Counted from the stretch's first letter, positions 24,524 to 32,000 are shown. The stretch is DNA of 32,000 nucleotides from Candidatus Iainarchaeum sp. (GCA_030649345.1 JAUSKK010000036.1:1-32000), one strand, 5' to 3'. Program-made: numbers and translations. Notes: generated by a model from the letters alone, not told the origin.

Positions 24524-24659
24524 TGCTGAACGCAGTGAAGCACTACGACCTACCAACCGCGCGATTAAAACGCAGCGTTTTAATGCGCATTTAAACAAAA
24601 GTTTAAATCGCGTCCGCGGTTGACGCGGAGTTTAAGGAAGACGAGAGCAAACAATAGTG
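24484..24659 (+). repeat. 42-nt direct repeat of the dnaK 3' end (24484-24525 / 24618-24659, 41/42) bracketing a 92-nt GC-rich multi-hairpin insert
   Basis: GGTTGACGCGGAGTTTAAGGAAGACGA[A/G]AGCAAACAATAGTG occurs twice with a 134-nt period. Confidence 0.9.
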
Positions 24660-24688
24660 GAAAAGATAGAACAAATGGAGTTGGTCAT

Positions 24689-24817
24689 ATGAATCCTGAA
24701 GTGAAAGCAAAAAAAGTTGAACCTGTTTTGAAGAATCAACCGAAAGCAGAAGATGTAGTTATTCTTGGCCAAGCAAAAAAATCAAGAGATTACTTGAATA
24801 ACTTTATGGCAGCATAA
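24689..24817 (+). CDS. Hypothetical 42-aa protein between dnaK and dnaJ
   Basis: ATG preceded by GGAG 9 nt upstream. Sequence MNPEVKAKKVEPVLKNQPKAEDVVILGQAKKSRDYLNNFMAA, with no recognisable motif. Confidence 0.3.
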   Translation: MNPEVKAKKVEPVLKNQPKAEDVVILGQAKKSRDYLNNFMAA

Positions 24818-24834
24818 TTAATCAGGTAGAAATC

Positions 24835-24895
24835 AATGGTTCCAAAATTCTTTTGAATTTTGAAACTTTAAAAAATAAAGGAATTTTTTAATGGC
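24835..24895 (+). repeat. 61-nt module, copy B (see 14256-14316) directly upstream of and including the dnaJ start
   Basis: Inverted repeat CAAAATTC (24843-24850) / GAATTTTG (24855-24862). TTTAAAAAA at 24867-24875. AATGG at 24835 and 24890. Confidence 0.8.
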
Positions 24896-26015
24896 TGAAA
24901 AAGATTATTATGAAGTTTTAGGAGTTTCAAGGAATGCATCGCATGAAGAAATTAAAGCAGCATTCAAGAAACTCGCAAAACAATTTCATCCAGACTTAAA
25001 CAAAGACCATAAAGCTGAAGACAAATTTAAAGAAATTAATCAAGCGTATTCTGTTTTAGGCAATCCTGAAAAAAAACAAAAATACGATCAGTATGGTTCA
25101 AGTGCATTTGAAGGACAAGGATTCCAAGGCTTTCAAGGAGCAGACTTTGATTTCGGAGACTTTGGATTCGAAGACTTATTTGGAAGCATATTTGGACAAC
25201 AATTTAGAAACACAAATTCTAGAAGAACTCCAGCAGGCCCCAGAAAGGGAGCGGATTTACAATACAGTTTAGAAATTGAATTCGAAGAAGCAGTCAATGG
25301 AGTCACCAAAGACATTGAATTCGAACACATGGAACAATGTACAACCTGTAAAGGCATCGGCGGATCTGGAACAACCAAATGTTCTTCATGCAATGGAAAA
25401 GGAGTGGTTACCAGACAACAAAGAACAGCTTTTGGAATATTTCAGAGCAGTACAACTTGTTCCAAGTGCCGCGGCCAAGGAGAATCAGTAAAAGATTCAT
25501 GCAAGCAATGCAATGGAACAGGTCATATTGAAAAACTAAAAAATGTAGAAGTCAAAATTCCAGCAGGAATTGACAATGGTTATACTTTACGATTGCAAGG
25601 ATTGGGAAATGCTGGAACTCAAGGCGGAAACTCCGGAGACTTATATGTTTCTATTTTTGTAAAAGCCAGCAAAATATTCAAACGCGACCAAAACGATGTA
25701 TTCATTGAATTACCCATTAGTTTTACTGAAGCTGCTCTAGGATGCGAAATTGAAGTTCCAACATTAAAAGGAACTGCAGAATTAAAGATACCGCAAGGAA
25801 CACAAACTGGAACAATTTTCCGAATGAAAGGACAAGGCATGAAACATTTAAACAAAAACGAACACGGAGACGAATACGTAAAAGTCAATATTGTGGTTCC
25901 AGAAAAACTAAGCACCAAACAGAAAAAAAGATTGGAAGAATTCAAAAAAGAAGAAGAAAATGTACGCATTCAAAAAGGATTCTTTCACAAAATAAAGGAT
26001 AAGTTTGTAAGCTAA
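24891..26015 (+). CDS. dnaJ: Co-chaperone DnaJ (type I)
   Basis: [15 protein letters not shown], a G/F region and four CxxCxGxG zinc motifs. Confidence 0.95.
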   Translation: MAEKDYYEVLGVSRNASHEEIKAAFKKLAKQFHPDLNKDHKAEDKFKEINQAYSVLGNPEKKQKYDQYGSSAFEGQGFQGFQGADFDFGDFGFEDLFGSIFGQQFRNTNSRRTPAGPRKGADLQYSLEIEFEEAVNGVTKDIEFEHMEQCTTCKGIGGSGTTKCSSCNGKGVVTRQQRTAFGIFQSSTTCSKCRGQGESVKDSCKQCNGTGHIEKLKNVEVKIPAGIDNGYTLRLQGLGNAGTQGGNSGDLYVSIFVKASKIFKRDQNDVFIELPISFTEAALGCEIEVPTLKGTAELKIPQGTQTGTIFRMKGQGMKHLNKNEHGDEYVKVNIVVPEKLSTKQKKRLEEFKKEEENVRIQKGFFHKIKDKFVS

Positions 26016-26080
26016 TTTTTAGCAAATCTTACTTGTAAGAAAAGCTTATTAACCTGTTTTGTTCTAATTAGTAGATTGAT

Positions 26081-26335
26081 ATGAAAGTAATTGTGGAAAC
26101 CACCAAGATGTCCACCAAAGGACAAGTTATTATTCCGAAAGATGCACGCACATTTATGGAACTTGAAAAAAACACGGTTTTTTCAGTTTTAGCTTTGGAT
26201 CAAAACACGCTTATTTTAAAAAAATTAGATAAAGAAAAATTGCTAAGAGAGTTTGAAAATATTCGAGCACGCGTCAAGCATAAACTCTCTGAAAAGGGAG
26301 TGGATGCTATTGTTCACAAAGCACGCAAAGGTTAG
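26081..26335 (+). CDS. AbrB/SpoVT-family antitoxin
   Basis: MSTKGQVIIPKDAR is the swapped-hairpin AbrB motif. The protein is small and lies directly upstream of the PIN gene, overlapping it. Confidence 0.75.
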   Translation: MKVIVETTKMSTKGQVIIPKDARTFMELEKNTVFSVLALDQNTLILKKLDKEKLLREFENIRARVKHKLSEKGVDAIVHKARKG

Positions 26336-26750
26336 AGTTGTTCTAGACACCAACATTGTTGTTTCGGCTTTGATCGAAAAACGCGGTTATCCAGCGGAAA
26401 TTTTTAGAAAACTTATTTCTGAAGAAATTGAATGTTTTACCAGCCAAGAAATACTGGACGAAATTGAAGATGTATTTAAAAGAACAGAAATTGTCAGCCG
26501 AACTTTACAGGCCGATCGGGAATCCATATTAACAAATTTCAAGATTTATGCGCAATGGATTTCAATCAAAACCAAAGTAAAAACAGTACTGGAAGATTCA
26601 GATGATGATAAATTCATTGAATGCGCTTTGGACGCCAAAGCAGATTTCATTGTCAGCGGAGATCGACATTTGCTTAAACTAAAGGAATTCAAAGGAATAA
26701 AAATTATTAAAGCTAAGGAATTTATAGACACAATAAGCGGCTGTTTGTAA
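26304..26750 (+). CDS. PIN-domain toxin (VapC-like)
   Basis: VVLDTNIVVSAL...DDDKFIECALDAKADFIVSGDRHLL. The track ORF starts at 26253; ATG 26304 is preceded by GGGAG and gives a 32-nt overlap with the antitoxin. Confidence 0.75.
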   Translation: MLLFTKHAKVRVVLDTNIVVSALIEKRGYPAEIFRKLISEEIECFTSQEILDEIEDVFKRTEIVSRTLQADRESILTNFKIYAQWISIKTKVKTVLEDSDDDKFIECALDAKADFIVSGDRHLLKLKEFKGIKIIKAKEFIDTISGCL

Positions 26751-26798
26751 GCTAATTTCGCTGGTTTTTTAATTCCTTTACTTTAATTCTTATTGTAT

Positions 26799-29246
26799 AT
26801 GGCTGAACTAGATTTACATTCATTGGAAACCAAATGGCAAAAATACTGGGACACAGAACAAATTCATAAATATCATTCAGATTCCAAAAAACCTTTGTAC
26901 AGCATTGATACTCCGCCGCCTACAGTTTCTGGAAAAATGCATTTAGGGCATGCATTGGGTTATAGTCAAGCGGATGTAATTGCACGTTATAAAAAAATGC
27001 AAGGCCATGAATTATTTTATCCTTTTGGATTTGACGACAATGGACTGGCCACAGAACGCTTTGTAGAAAAAGAAACTGGAAAACGTGCCGTGGATATGAC
27101 GCGAGCAGAATTTGTAAAATTATGTTTAGACACAACCAAACAAGCAGAAACTGAATTGGAAAAAGATTTCCGCGCTCTCGGATTAGCCATTGATTGGAAT
27201 TTAGTATATAGAACCATTGACTCAAAAGCAGTTAAAATTGCCCAAGAAAGTTTCCTAGACTTATTTGAACAAAAAAGAGTTTATCAAAGCCAAACACCCC
27301 ACATGTATTGCACGCAATGCAGAACAGCCATAGCTCAAGCAGAATTAGAAGACACTGAAAAAGAATCTTTCTTTAATGATTTAGAATTTGAATTAGAAAA
27401 CAAACAAAAAATAATGATCAGTACTACACGGCCTGAATTATTACCAGCCTGTGTTGCAATTTTTATTCACCCAGAAGATAAAAGACACAAAACATTGATT
27501 GGACAAACCGCGATTGTTCCATTGTTTGAACAAAAAGTACAAATTTTAGCCGACAAAAGGGTAGATCCAGAAAAAGGTTCAGGCATTGTCATGTGTTGTA
27601 CTTTCGGAGACCAAAAAGACATGGAATGGCAAAAAGCATACCAGTTACCTATTAAAGTTGCGATTGGATTGAATGGAAAAATGCAAGATTGGGTGCCAGA
27701 ATATGCCGGATTAAATATTAAGCAAGCGCGTGAAAAAATAATTCAAACACTTAAAGAAAAAGAAATTTTGAAAACACAAAAAAAAATTATGCATATTGTG
27801 AATGTACATGAACGCTGTAAAACAGATGTAGAATTTTTAGTAACACCCCAATGGTTTATTCAGTATTTGGATCTAAAAAAACAATTCCTGGAAGCCAGCA
27901 AATCTTTAGATTGGAATCCAACACACATGCAGGTACGTTTAGAAAACTGGGTTCAAGGACTTCAATGGGATTGGTGCATTTCCAGACAAAGATACTTTGG
28001 AGTGCCGTTTCCTTTATGGTATTGCACTCAATGCAAATATCCAAAAATAGCTGAACACACACAATTGCCAGTAGATCCATTGCAAGACCAACCTATCGGA
28101 GTTTGTGAAAAATGCAGTGGAAAAGAATTTACACCAGAAAAAGATGTGTTAGACACTTGGTTTACCAGCAGTTTAACTCCGCAAATTAATTCAAGTTGGA
28201 CAGTGAATGAAAAACATTTCGAAAAATTATTTCCCATGAGCTTACGACCTCAAGGACACGACATTATCACTTTATGGGCCTTCAACACATTGGTGAAATC
28301 TTTCTTTCACCACAAACAAGTGCCTTGGCAGACAGTCATGATTAATGGATTTGCTTTAGATGCAAATGGGAAAAAAATGAGTAAAAGTATTGGAAATGTA
28401 ATTGCACCCCAGCAAATTATTGTTCAATACAGTGCAGATTGTTTAAGATACTGGACTTGTTCTGTAGGCTTAGGCGAAGACGTGCCTTATAAAGAAAAAG
28501 AACTGGTTTCTGGAAAAAGATTGTTATTCAAATTATGGAATGCCGGAAAACTAATTGAAGGATTAACGGAAAACTTTGATTACGGAAATGCACCCAAGCA
28601 TACTTTGAATTTACAAATAGAAGATAAATGGATTTTGAGTAAATTGAATAACTTAATTGAAAAATGCACTGAACAAATGAATGCATTTAATTTTGCAAGA
28701 ACGCTAGCAGAAACACGTGATTTCTTTTGGCTGGAATTTTGTGATTATTATTTGGAAGAAATTAAAGGAAGGATTTACGAACCCAAAACAGTTGAAGACC
28801 AACAAGCTGCACAATATACTGCAGTGCATGTGTTTGAGCAAATTTTGAAATTATTGGCTCCTATTTTACCGCACATCACTGAAGAATTGTATATGGAAAG
28901 CAAAATTATTGGATTCAAAAAAGAAAAAAGCATTCATGAAAGCAATTGGCCGAAAATCGAAAAAGAAAAAATCGATATGCATGCAGAGCAAACTGGAAAA
29001 ACCATGAATCAAGTTATTGCAGGAATCCGAAAATACAAAAGCTTGAAAGGATTGCCCATGAATTCAGAAGTCAAAAAAGTCACAATATACTTACAGAACA
29101 ATGCGTTCAAAGAACAAATCTTGGAAAGCCAAACTTGCATTCAAAGAACCTGCAAAGTTTTAACTCTAGATGTACGATTGGCTGATCCAGTGAATGTAGT
29201 GCAGGTACATGAAGTTAACGAAGATATAAAAATAGAAATAGAATAA
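26799..29246 (+). CDS. valS: Valyl-tRNA synthetase
   Basis: TPPPTVSGKMHLGHA (HIGH), TTRPELLPACVAIFIHPED and KMSKS. The ~815-aa size fits a short archaeal ValRS. Confidence 0.85.
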   Translation: MAELDLHSLETKWQKYWDTEQIHKYHSDSKKPLYSIDTPPPTVSGKMHLGHALGYSQADVIARYKKMQGHELFYPFGFDDNGLATERFVEKETGKRAVDMTRAEFVKLCLDTTKQAETELEKDFRALGLAIDWNLVYRTIDSKAVKIAQESFLDLFEQKRVYQSQTPHMYCTQCRTAIAQAELEDTEKESFFNDLEFELENKQKIMISTTRPELLPACVAIFIHPEDKRHKTLIGQTAIVPLFEQKVQILADKRVDPEKGSGIVMCCTFGDQKDMEWQKAYQLPIKVAIGLNGKMQDWVPEYAGLNIKQAREKIIQTLKEKEILKTQKKIMHIVNVHERCKTDVEFLVTPQWFIQYLDLKKQFLEASKSLDWNPTHMQVRLENWVQGLQWDWCISRQRYFGVPFPLWYCTQCKYPKIAEHTQLPVDPLQDQPIGVCEKCSGKEFTPEKDVLDTWFTSSLTPQINSSWTVNEKHFEKLFPMSLRPQGHDIITLWAFNTLVKSFFHHKQVPWQTVMINGFALDANGKKMSKSIGNVIAPQQIIVQYSADCLRYWTCSVGLGEDVPYKEKELVSGKRLLFKLWNAGKLIEGLTENFDYGNAPKHTLNLQIEDKWILSKLNNLIEKCTEQMNAFNFARTLAETRDFFWLEFCDYYLEEIKGRIYEPKTVEDQQAAQYTAVHVFEQILKLLAPILPHITEELYMESKIIGFKKEKSIHESNWPKIEKEKIDMHAEQTGKTMNQVIAGIRKYKSLKGLPMNSEVKKVTIYLQNNAFKEQILESQTCIQRTCKVLTLDVRLADPVNVVQVHEVNEDIKIEIE

Positions 29247-29291
29247 ATACATCAGATAATAATAGTTGAATAAAATTACAGAGGTTTTCAA

Positions 29292-29774
29292 ATGGGATTG
29301 AAAAAAATTGGTTTACTTTTAGTTGCAGTAGTAGCTATTGTTTATTTTGTAAATCCATCCATGATTGGATCAAATAATCCATTACAGGAATTGGATCAAA
29401 AATACTTAAAGGATTCTGTATTACCGACTACAGAAAATATACAAGCCTATGAGCAAGCTTTGAAAAACTTTTCTGGATCCACAGAACAAGTGCAAGTGCG
29501 ATTGACTGGTGTTGAATTGGTTAAAGCTTTGCAATTGGTTAATCAAAAAACAGTATTAATTGATTTGCAAAGTTCAGAATGTAGAACTCAAGTTGTAAAT
29601 GCACAGCAAGCTATAGATACAGCTATTGGAAAAGCCGTGAACTTAAGTTCAGAAACTTCGCGTTTGTTGGCTAAAGAAACAAATGAATTTGTTTCAGAAC
29701 TAAAAGCTACAACTTTAGGAATTCAAGGCAGATTGGAAACCCAAAAACAAAGCTTGGAAAATTACTGCGAATAA
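29292..29774 (+). CDS. N-terminally membrane-anchored hypothetical protein
   Basis: One TM segment (IGLLLVAVVAIVYFV) followed by a helical, Q/E-rich domain. Confidence 0.55.
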   Translation: MGLKKIGLLLVAVVAIVYFVNPSMIGSNNPLQELDQKYLKDSVLPTTENIQAYEQALKNFSGSTEQVQVRLTGVELVKALQLVNQKTVLIDLQSSECRTQVVNAQQAIDTAIGKAVNLSSETSRLLAKETNEFVSELKATTLGIQGRLETQKQSLENYCE

Positions 29775-29782
29775 AGATTTCT

Positions 29783-30394
29783 ATGAAAACACTAGCAGTA
29801 ACTGCAGAAGCTATATTGTATAAAACTAATTATTTAGGAAAACCCGCAGTATTGAAAAAAAGAGTTGAAAAAAAATACCGCGAACCTTTATTGGATCAAA
29901 GCTTGCGAGAAAAACGAATTGTAATTGAAGCAGGAATTATTCAACGAGCCAAAAAAGCTGGCGTTCGAACTCCTATTTTGTATAAAGTGGATAAAAAAAA
30001 TACAGAACTCTGGATGGAGTTCATTGAAGGAAAAAAATTACACGAATTCTTGGAAAAAAGCAGGCAGGAAACTGAATGGTGTAAAAAAGTTGGAACTGAA
30101 ATTGGAAAACTGCATGCAGGCCAAATTGTTCACGGAGATTTAACTTCCAGCAATATTTTGGTTCAAGGCAAAGAACTGGCATTCATTGACTTTGGGTTGG
30201 GTTCAGCCAGTACTAAATTAGAAGATTTTGCAGTAGATTTATTAAACTTTAAAAAAACCCTTAAAGCACAGTATAAAAACGCGGAATTATACTGGAAAAG
30301 CGTGGAAAAAGGGTATGTAAAAGGAAATAAAACCAAAGGCTTGCAAGTGCTTAAAGGCTTGAAGGAAGTAGAATTAAGAGTCCGGTATTTGTAG
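29783..30394 (+). CDS. bud32: Kae1-associated kinase/ATPase Bud32
   Basis: IVHGDLTSSNILV and FIDFGLG are RIO-like kinase motifs; about 200 aa. Confidence 0.85.
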   Translation: MKTLAVTAEAILYKTNYLGKPAVLKKRVEKKYREPLLDQSLREKRIVIEAGIIQRAKKAGVRTPILYKVDKKNTELWMEFIEGKKLHEFLEKSRQETEWCKKVGTEIGKLHAGQIVHGDLTSSNILVQGKELAFIDFGLGSASTKLEDFAVDLLNFKKTLKAQYKNAELYWKSVEKGYVKGNKTKGLQVLKGLKEVELRVRYL

Positions 30395-30438
30395 ATCAAT
30401 CTTTTTAAACCCTATTGACTAATTTATAGTTATAGATC

Positions 30439-30492
30439 TTGTTTTTGGACTAGCTTCGGTAAGCCTTAGCAGGTTATCGCTGGCAAAAACAA
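30439..30492 (+). ncRNA. Structured leader or small RNA upstream of S15: 9-bp closing stem around a 36-nt GC-richer core
   Basis: TTGTTTTTG (30439-30447) pairs with CAAAAACAA (30484-30492). The core contains GCTT-cggt-AAGC, that is a cUUCGg-type loop. Confidence 0.35.
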
Positions 30493-30514
30493 TTAAATTT
30501 GTAAAGTGAATCTT

Positions 30515-31048
30515 ATGCGAAAACGTGAAACCACAGAAGCATTTGAACCTACGGCTTTAGATTTGGAAAAAAATGCTGAAAAAGAATTGCTCGAATATGC
30601 TCAAGAAAAAGCAGCCAAACCTAAAGTAAAAGAAAAATTACCTGAAGGATCTTTGCAGGAAGAATTGGCTGACTTTAAACCAGAAGAAGTTACAGATATT
30701 CTTGTAAAATTAGCCAATGCCGGAACCCAAAAAAGTGAAATGGGACTTATTCTGCGGGACCAATATGGAATTGGAAGCGTAAAAGACATTACTGGAAAAA
30801 CCATTACTCAAATTTTAAAAGAACAAAATTTAGAAGATGCAGTCCCAGAAGACATATTGAATTTGATTCGAAAAAGTGTCAAATTATTGGATCACATGAA
30901 TATTAACAAAAAAGATTTCAGCGCCAAACACGGTTTTCAATTAACCGTTTCAAAAATTAACCGCTTGGCCAAATATTATAAAAGCAAAAAAATTCTAGCC
31001 AAAGATTGGAAATACACAGAAGAACGAGCACGCTTAATGGTAAAATAG
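30515..31048 (+). CDS. rps15: 30S ribosomal protein S15 (S13e)
   Basis: C-terminal HGFQLTVSKINRLAKYYKSKKILAKDWKY is the S15 signature. ATG 30515 was chosen; the track ORF starts at GTG 30506. Confidence 0.85.
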   Translation: MRKRETTEAFEPTALDLEKNAEKELLEYAQEKAAKPKVKEKLPEGSLQEELADFKPEEVTDILVKLANAGTQKSEMGLILRDQYGIGSVKDITGKTITQILKEQNLEDAVPEDILNLIRKSVKLLDHMNINKKDFSAKHGFQLTVSKINRLAKYYKSKKILAKDWKYTEERARLMVK

Positions 31049-31178
31049 TGAATGCATTATGGAATTTTATATTCAATTAAATAATTTAGGAAAAAAAATT
31101 TCAAAAAAAGGAAACAATGAACCCAAAGAAATTTTAGAAATTGTAGATACATTTATTGTAAATCAGGTGAACTAAAGT

Positions 31179-31892
31179 ATGGCTGAAGTGCAATCCAAAA
31201 AATTGAAAGCAACTGTAGATAAGTGGAAGAAAAAACGCTGGTATACTGTTCTAGCTCCAGCTTCGTTTGACCGGCAATTGTTGGGAGAAACACCTGCAGC
31301 CAAGCCCAATTTATTGGAAAATCGAACCATTGAAATTACTTTAGATAAAGTAACTGGCGATCGAAAACAAAGACATATTACTACAACTTTTCAAGTCGTA
31401 CGCGTGGAAGGATCCAATGCACATACTGAATTGCAAGGACATGAAATCAAACAATCTTATTTAAGTCGATTGATTCGCAGACGAAAAAGCAAAGTAGATA
31501 CTGTCTGCACTGCATTGACTCGAGACAAAAAACAAGTCCGAGTTAAAGCTTTATGTTTAGCTAATTTAGTTCCAAAAAAAGAAGAAAGCGAATTGCGAAG
31601 AATCATGGACGACGAATTAATGGGGTCGGCTAAACGAAGAGATGCAGATCAATATATTCAAGAACTCATTTTTGGAACTATTGCTGCAAGAATTTTCAAG
31701 CGAGCTAAAAATGTTGCAATTATTAAACGAATTGAAATTGTAAAATCCCGAATTTTAAATACCAGCAAAGAAAAAAAGGAATTTGTAATCGAAGGCGCAG
31801 CACCGGTTAAACCTGAAACAAATACGCAGCCGGCTAAACCGGAAGCAAAAGTAGAACCTGAGGTCAGCAATGCAGGAAATACAACTCAGTGA
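31179..31892 (+). CDS. rps3ae: 30S ribosomal protein S3Ae (S1e)
   Basis: KWKKKRWYTVLAPASFD...GETPA is the typical S3Ae N-terminus. An AGGTGA SD lies upstream. Confidence 0.9.
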   Translation: MAEVQSKKLKATVDKWKKKRWYTVLAPASFDRQLLGETPAAKPNLLENRTIEITLDKVTGDRKQRHITTTFQVVRVEGSNAHTELQGHEIKQSYLSRLIRRRKSKVDTVCTALTRDKKQVRVKALCLANLVPKKEESELRRIMDDELMGSAKRRDADQYIQELIFGTIAARIFKRAKNVAIIKRIEIVKSRILNTSKEKKEFVIEGAAPVKPETNTQPAKPEAKVEPEVSNAGNTTQ

Positions 31893-31893
31893 A

Positions 31894-32000
31894 ATGATTG
31901 TATTATTGATAGCGCTTTTTCTTTTTTCTATTTTAACCTATAAAAAGAATTCTTTAGATTTAGAAGGCATTCTAATTGGAAACATTTTGGGAATTGTAGT
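31894..32000 (+). CDS. 5' part of a membrane protein continuing past the window
   Basis: The frame is open from ATG 31870 or 31894 to the window end. Sequence MIVLLIALFLFSILTYKKNSLDLEGILIGNILGIV is hydrophobic. Not in the ORF track because it is truncated. Confidence 0.4.
   Translation, partial: MIVLLIALFLFSILTYKKNSLDLEGILIGNILGIV

Larger units (their letters stand above)
26003..26758 (+). mobile_element. AbrB/PIN toxin-antitoxin cassette bounded by an exact 16-nt direct repeat GTTTGTAAGCTAATTT
   Basis: The repeat lies at 26003-26018 (covering the dnaJ stop) and at 26743-26758 (covering the PIN stop). The 724 nt between hold only the two TA genes. Confidence 0.5.

Noticed and set aside
24561-24612. 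Tandem similar hairpins as a possible mini CRISPR array or attC-like sites
   Set aside because: Only two units are present and they are not identical. There is no spacer periodicity and no cas or integrase genes in the window.
24345-24817. Track ORFs 24345..24623 and 24620..24817, which both contain TRSLRKT.ANNS
   Set aside because: The shared peptide is simply the 42-nt dnaK repeat read in the +1 frame. The first ORF overlaps the dnaK 3' region out of frame, and both run through the hairpin insert. Only the inner ATG-initiated 42-aa ORF (24689) is kept, at low confidence.
30387-30514. Bud32-end / S15-start repeat ATTTGTA..AATCTT as a target duplication
   Set aside because: Only about 13 of 18 positions match, with an indel, in AT-rich sequence. 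That is not distinguishable from chance by eye. It is mentioned under the S15 leader finding only.

Overview
AT-rich, very compact archaeal chromosome segment. Archaeal origin is shown by e-type ribosomal proteins, aIF2-gamma, aIF5B, RpoD/N/E', Spt4, Kae1/Bud32 and a tRNA with a bulge-helix-bulge intron. A small-genome DPANN-like organism is only an inference from compactness and base composition. About 48 CDS are present, all on the + strand except one three-gene operon.

Gene content, in order:
- Ribosomal superoperon: L34e, L14e, S13, S4, S11, RpoD, tRNA-Leu, L18e, L13, S9, RpoN, S2.
- A TrmB-like regulator, a large surface lipoprotein and GluRS.
- L7Ae, S28e, L24e, Ndk, Dut, aIF5B, S6e, aIF2-gamma, PIN, RpoE', Spt4, S24e, S27ae.
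- A CPBP protease, Sua5 and Kae1.
- A minus-strand wHTH regulator plus two membrane proteins, divergent from grpE-dnaK-dnaJ.
- An AbrB/PIN toxin-antitoxin pair, ValRS, Bud32, S15 and S3Ae.

The most unusual signal lies in the intergenic spacers, not in a protein. Several spacers are bracketed by direct repeats that duplicate the gene junction.
- Three strong cases duplicate the last codons plus stop of dnaK (42 nt), aIF2-gamma (38 nt) and L24e (24 nt). Each flanks a 54-100 nt GC-rich two-hairpin insert. The dnaK and L24e inserts share sequence modules.
- The toxin-antitoxin cassette is flanked by an exact 16-nt repeat that contains the dnaJ stop codon.
- A 61-nt module is 84% identical upstream of S6e and dnaJ and is flanked by AATGG at the start codons.

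Together these suggest an undescribed family of small insertion elements, or an insertion mechanism with long and variable target duplications, acting at gene junctions. All product calls come from motif recognition by eye; no database search was possible.
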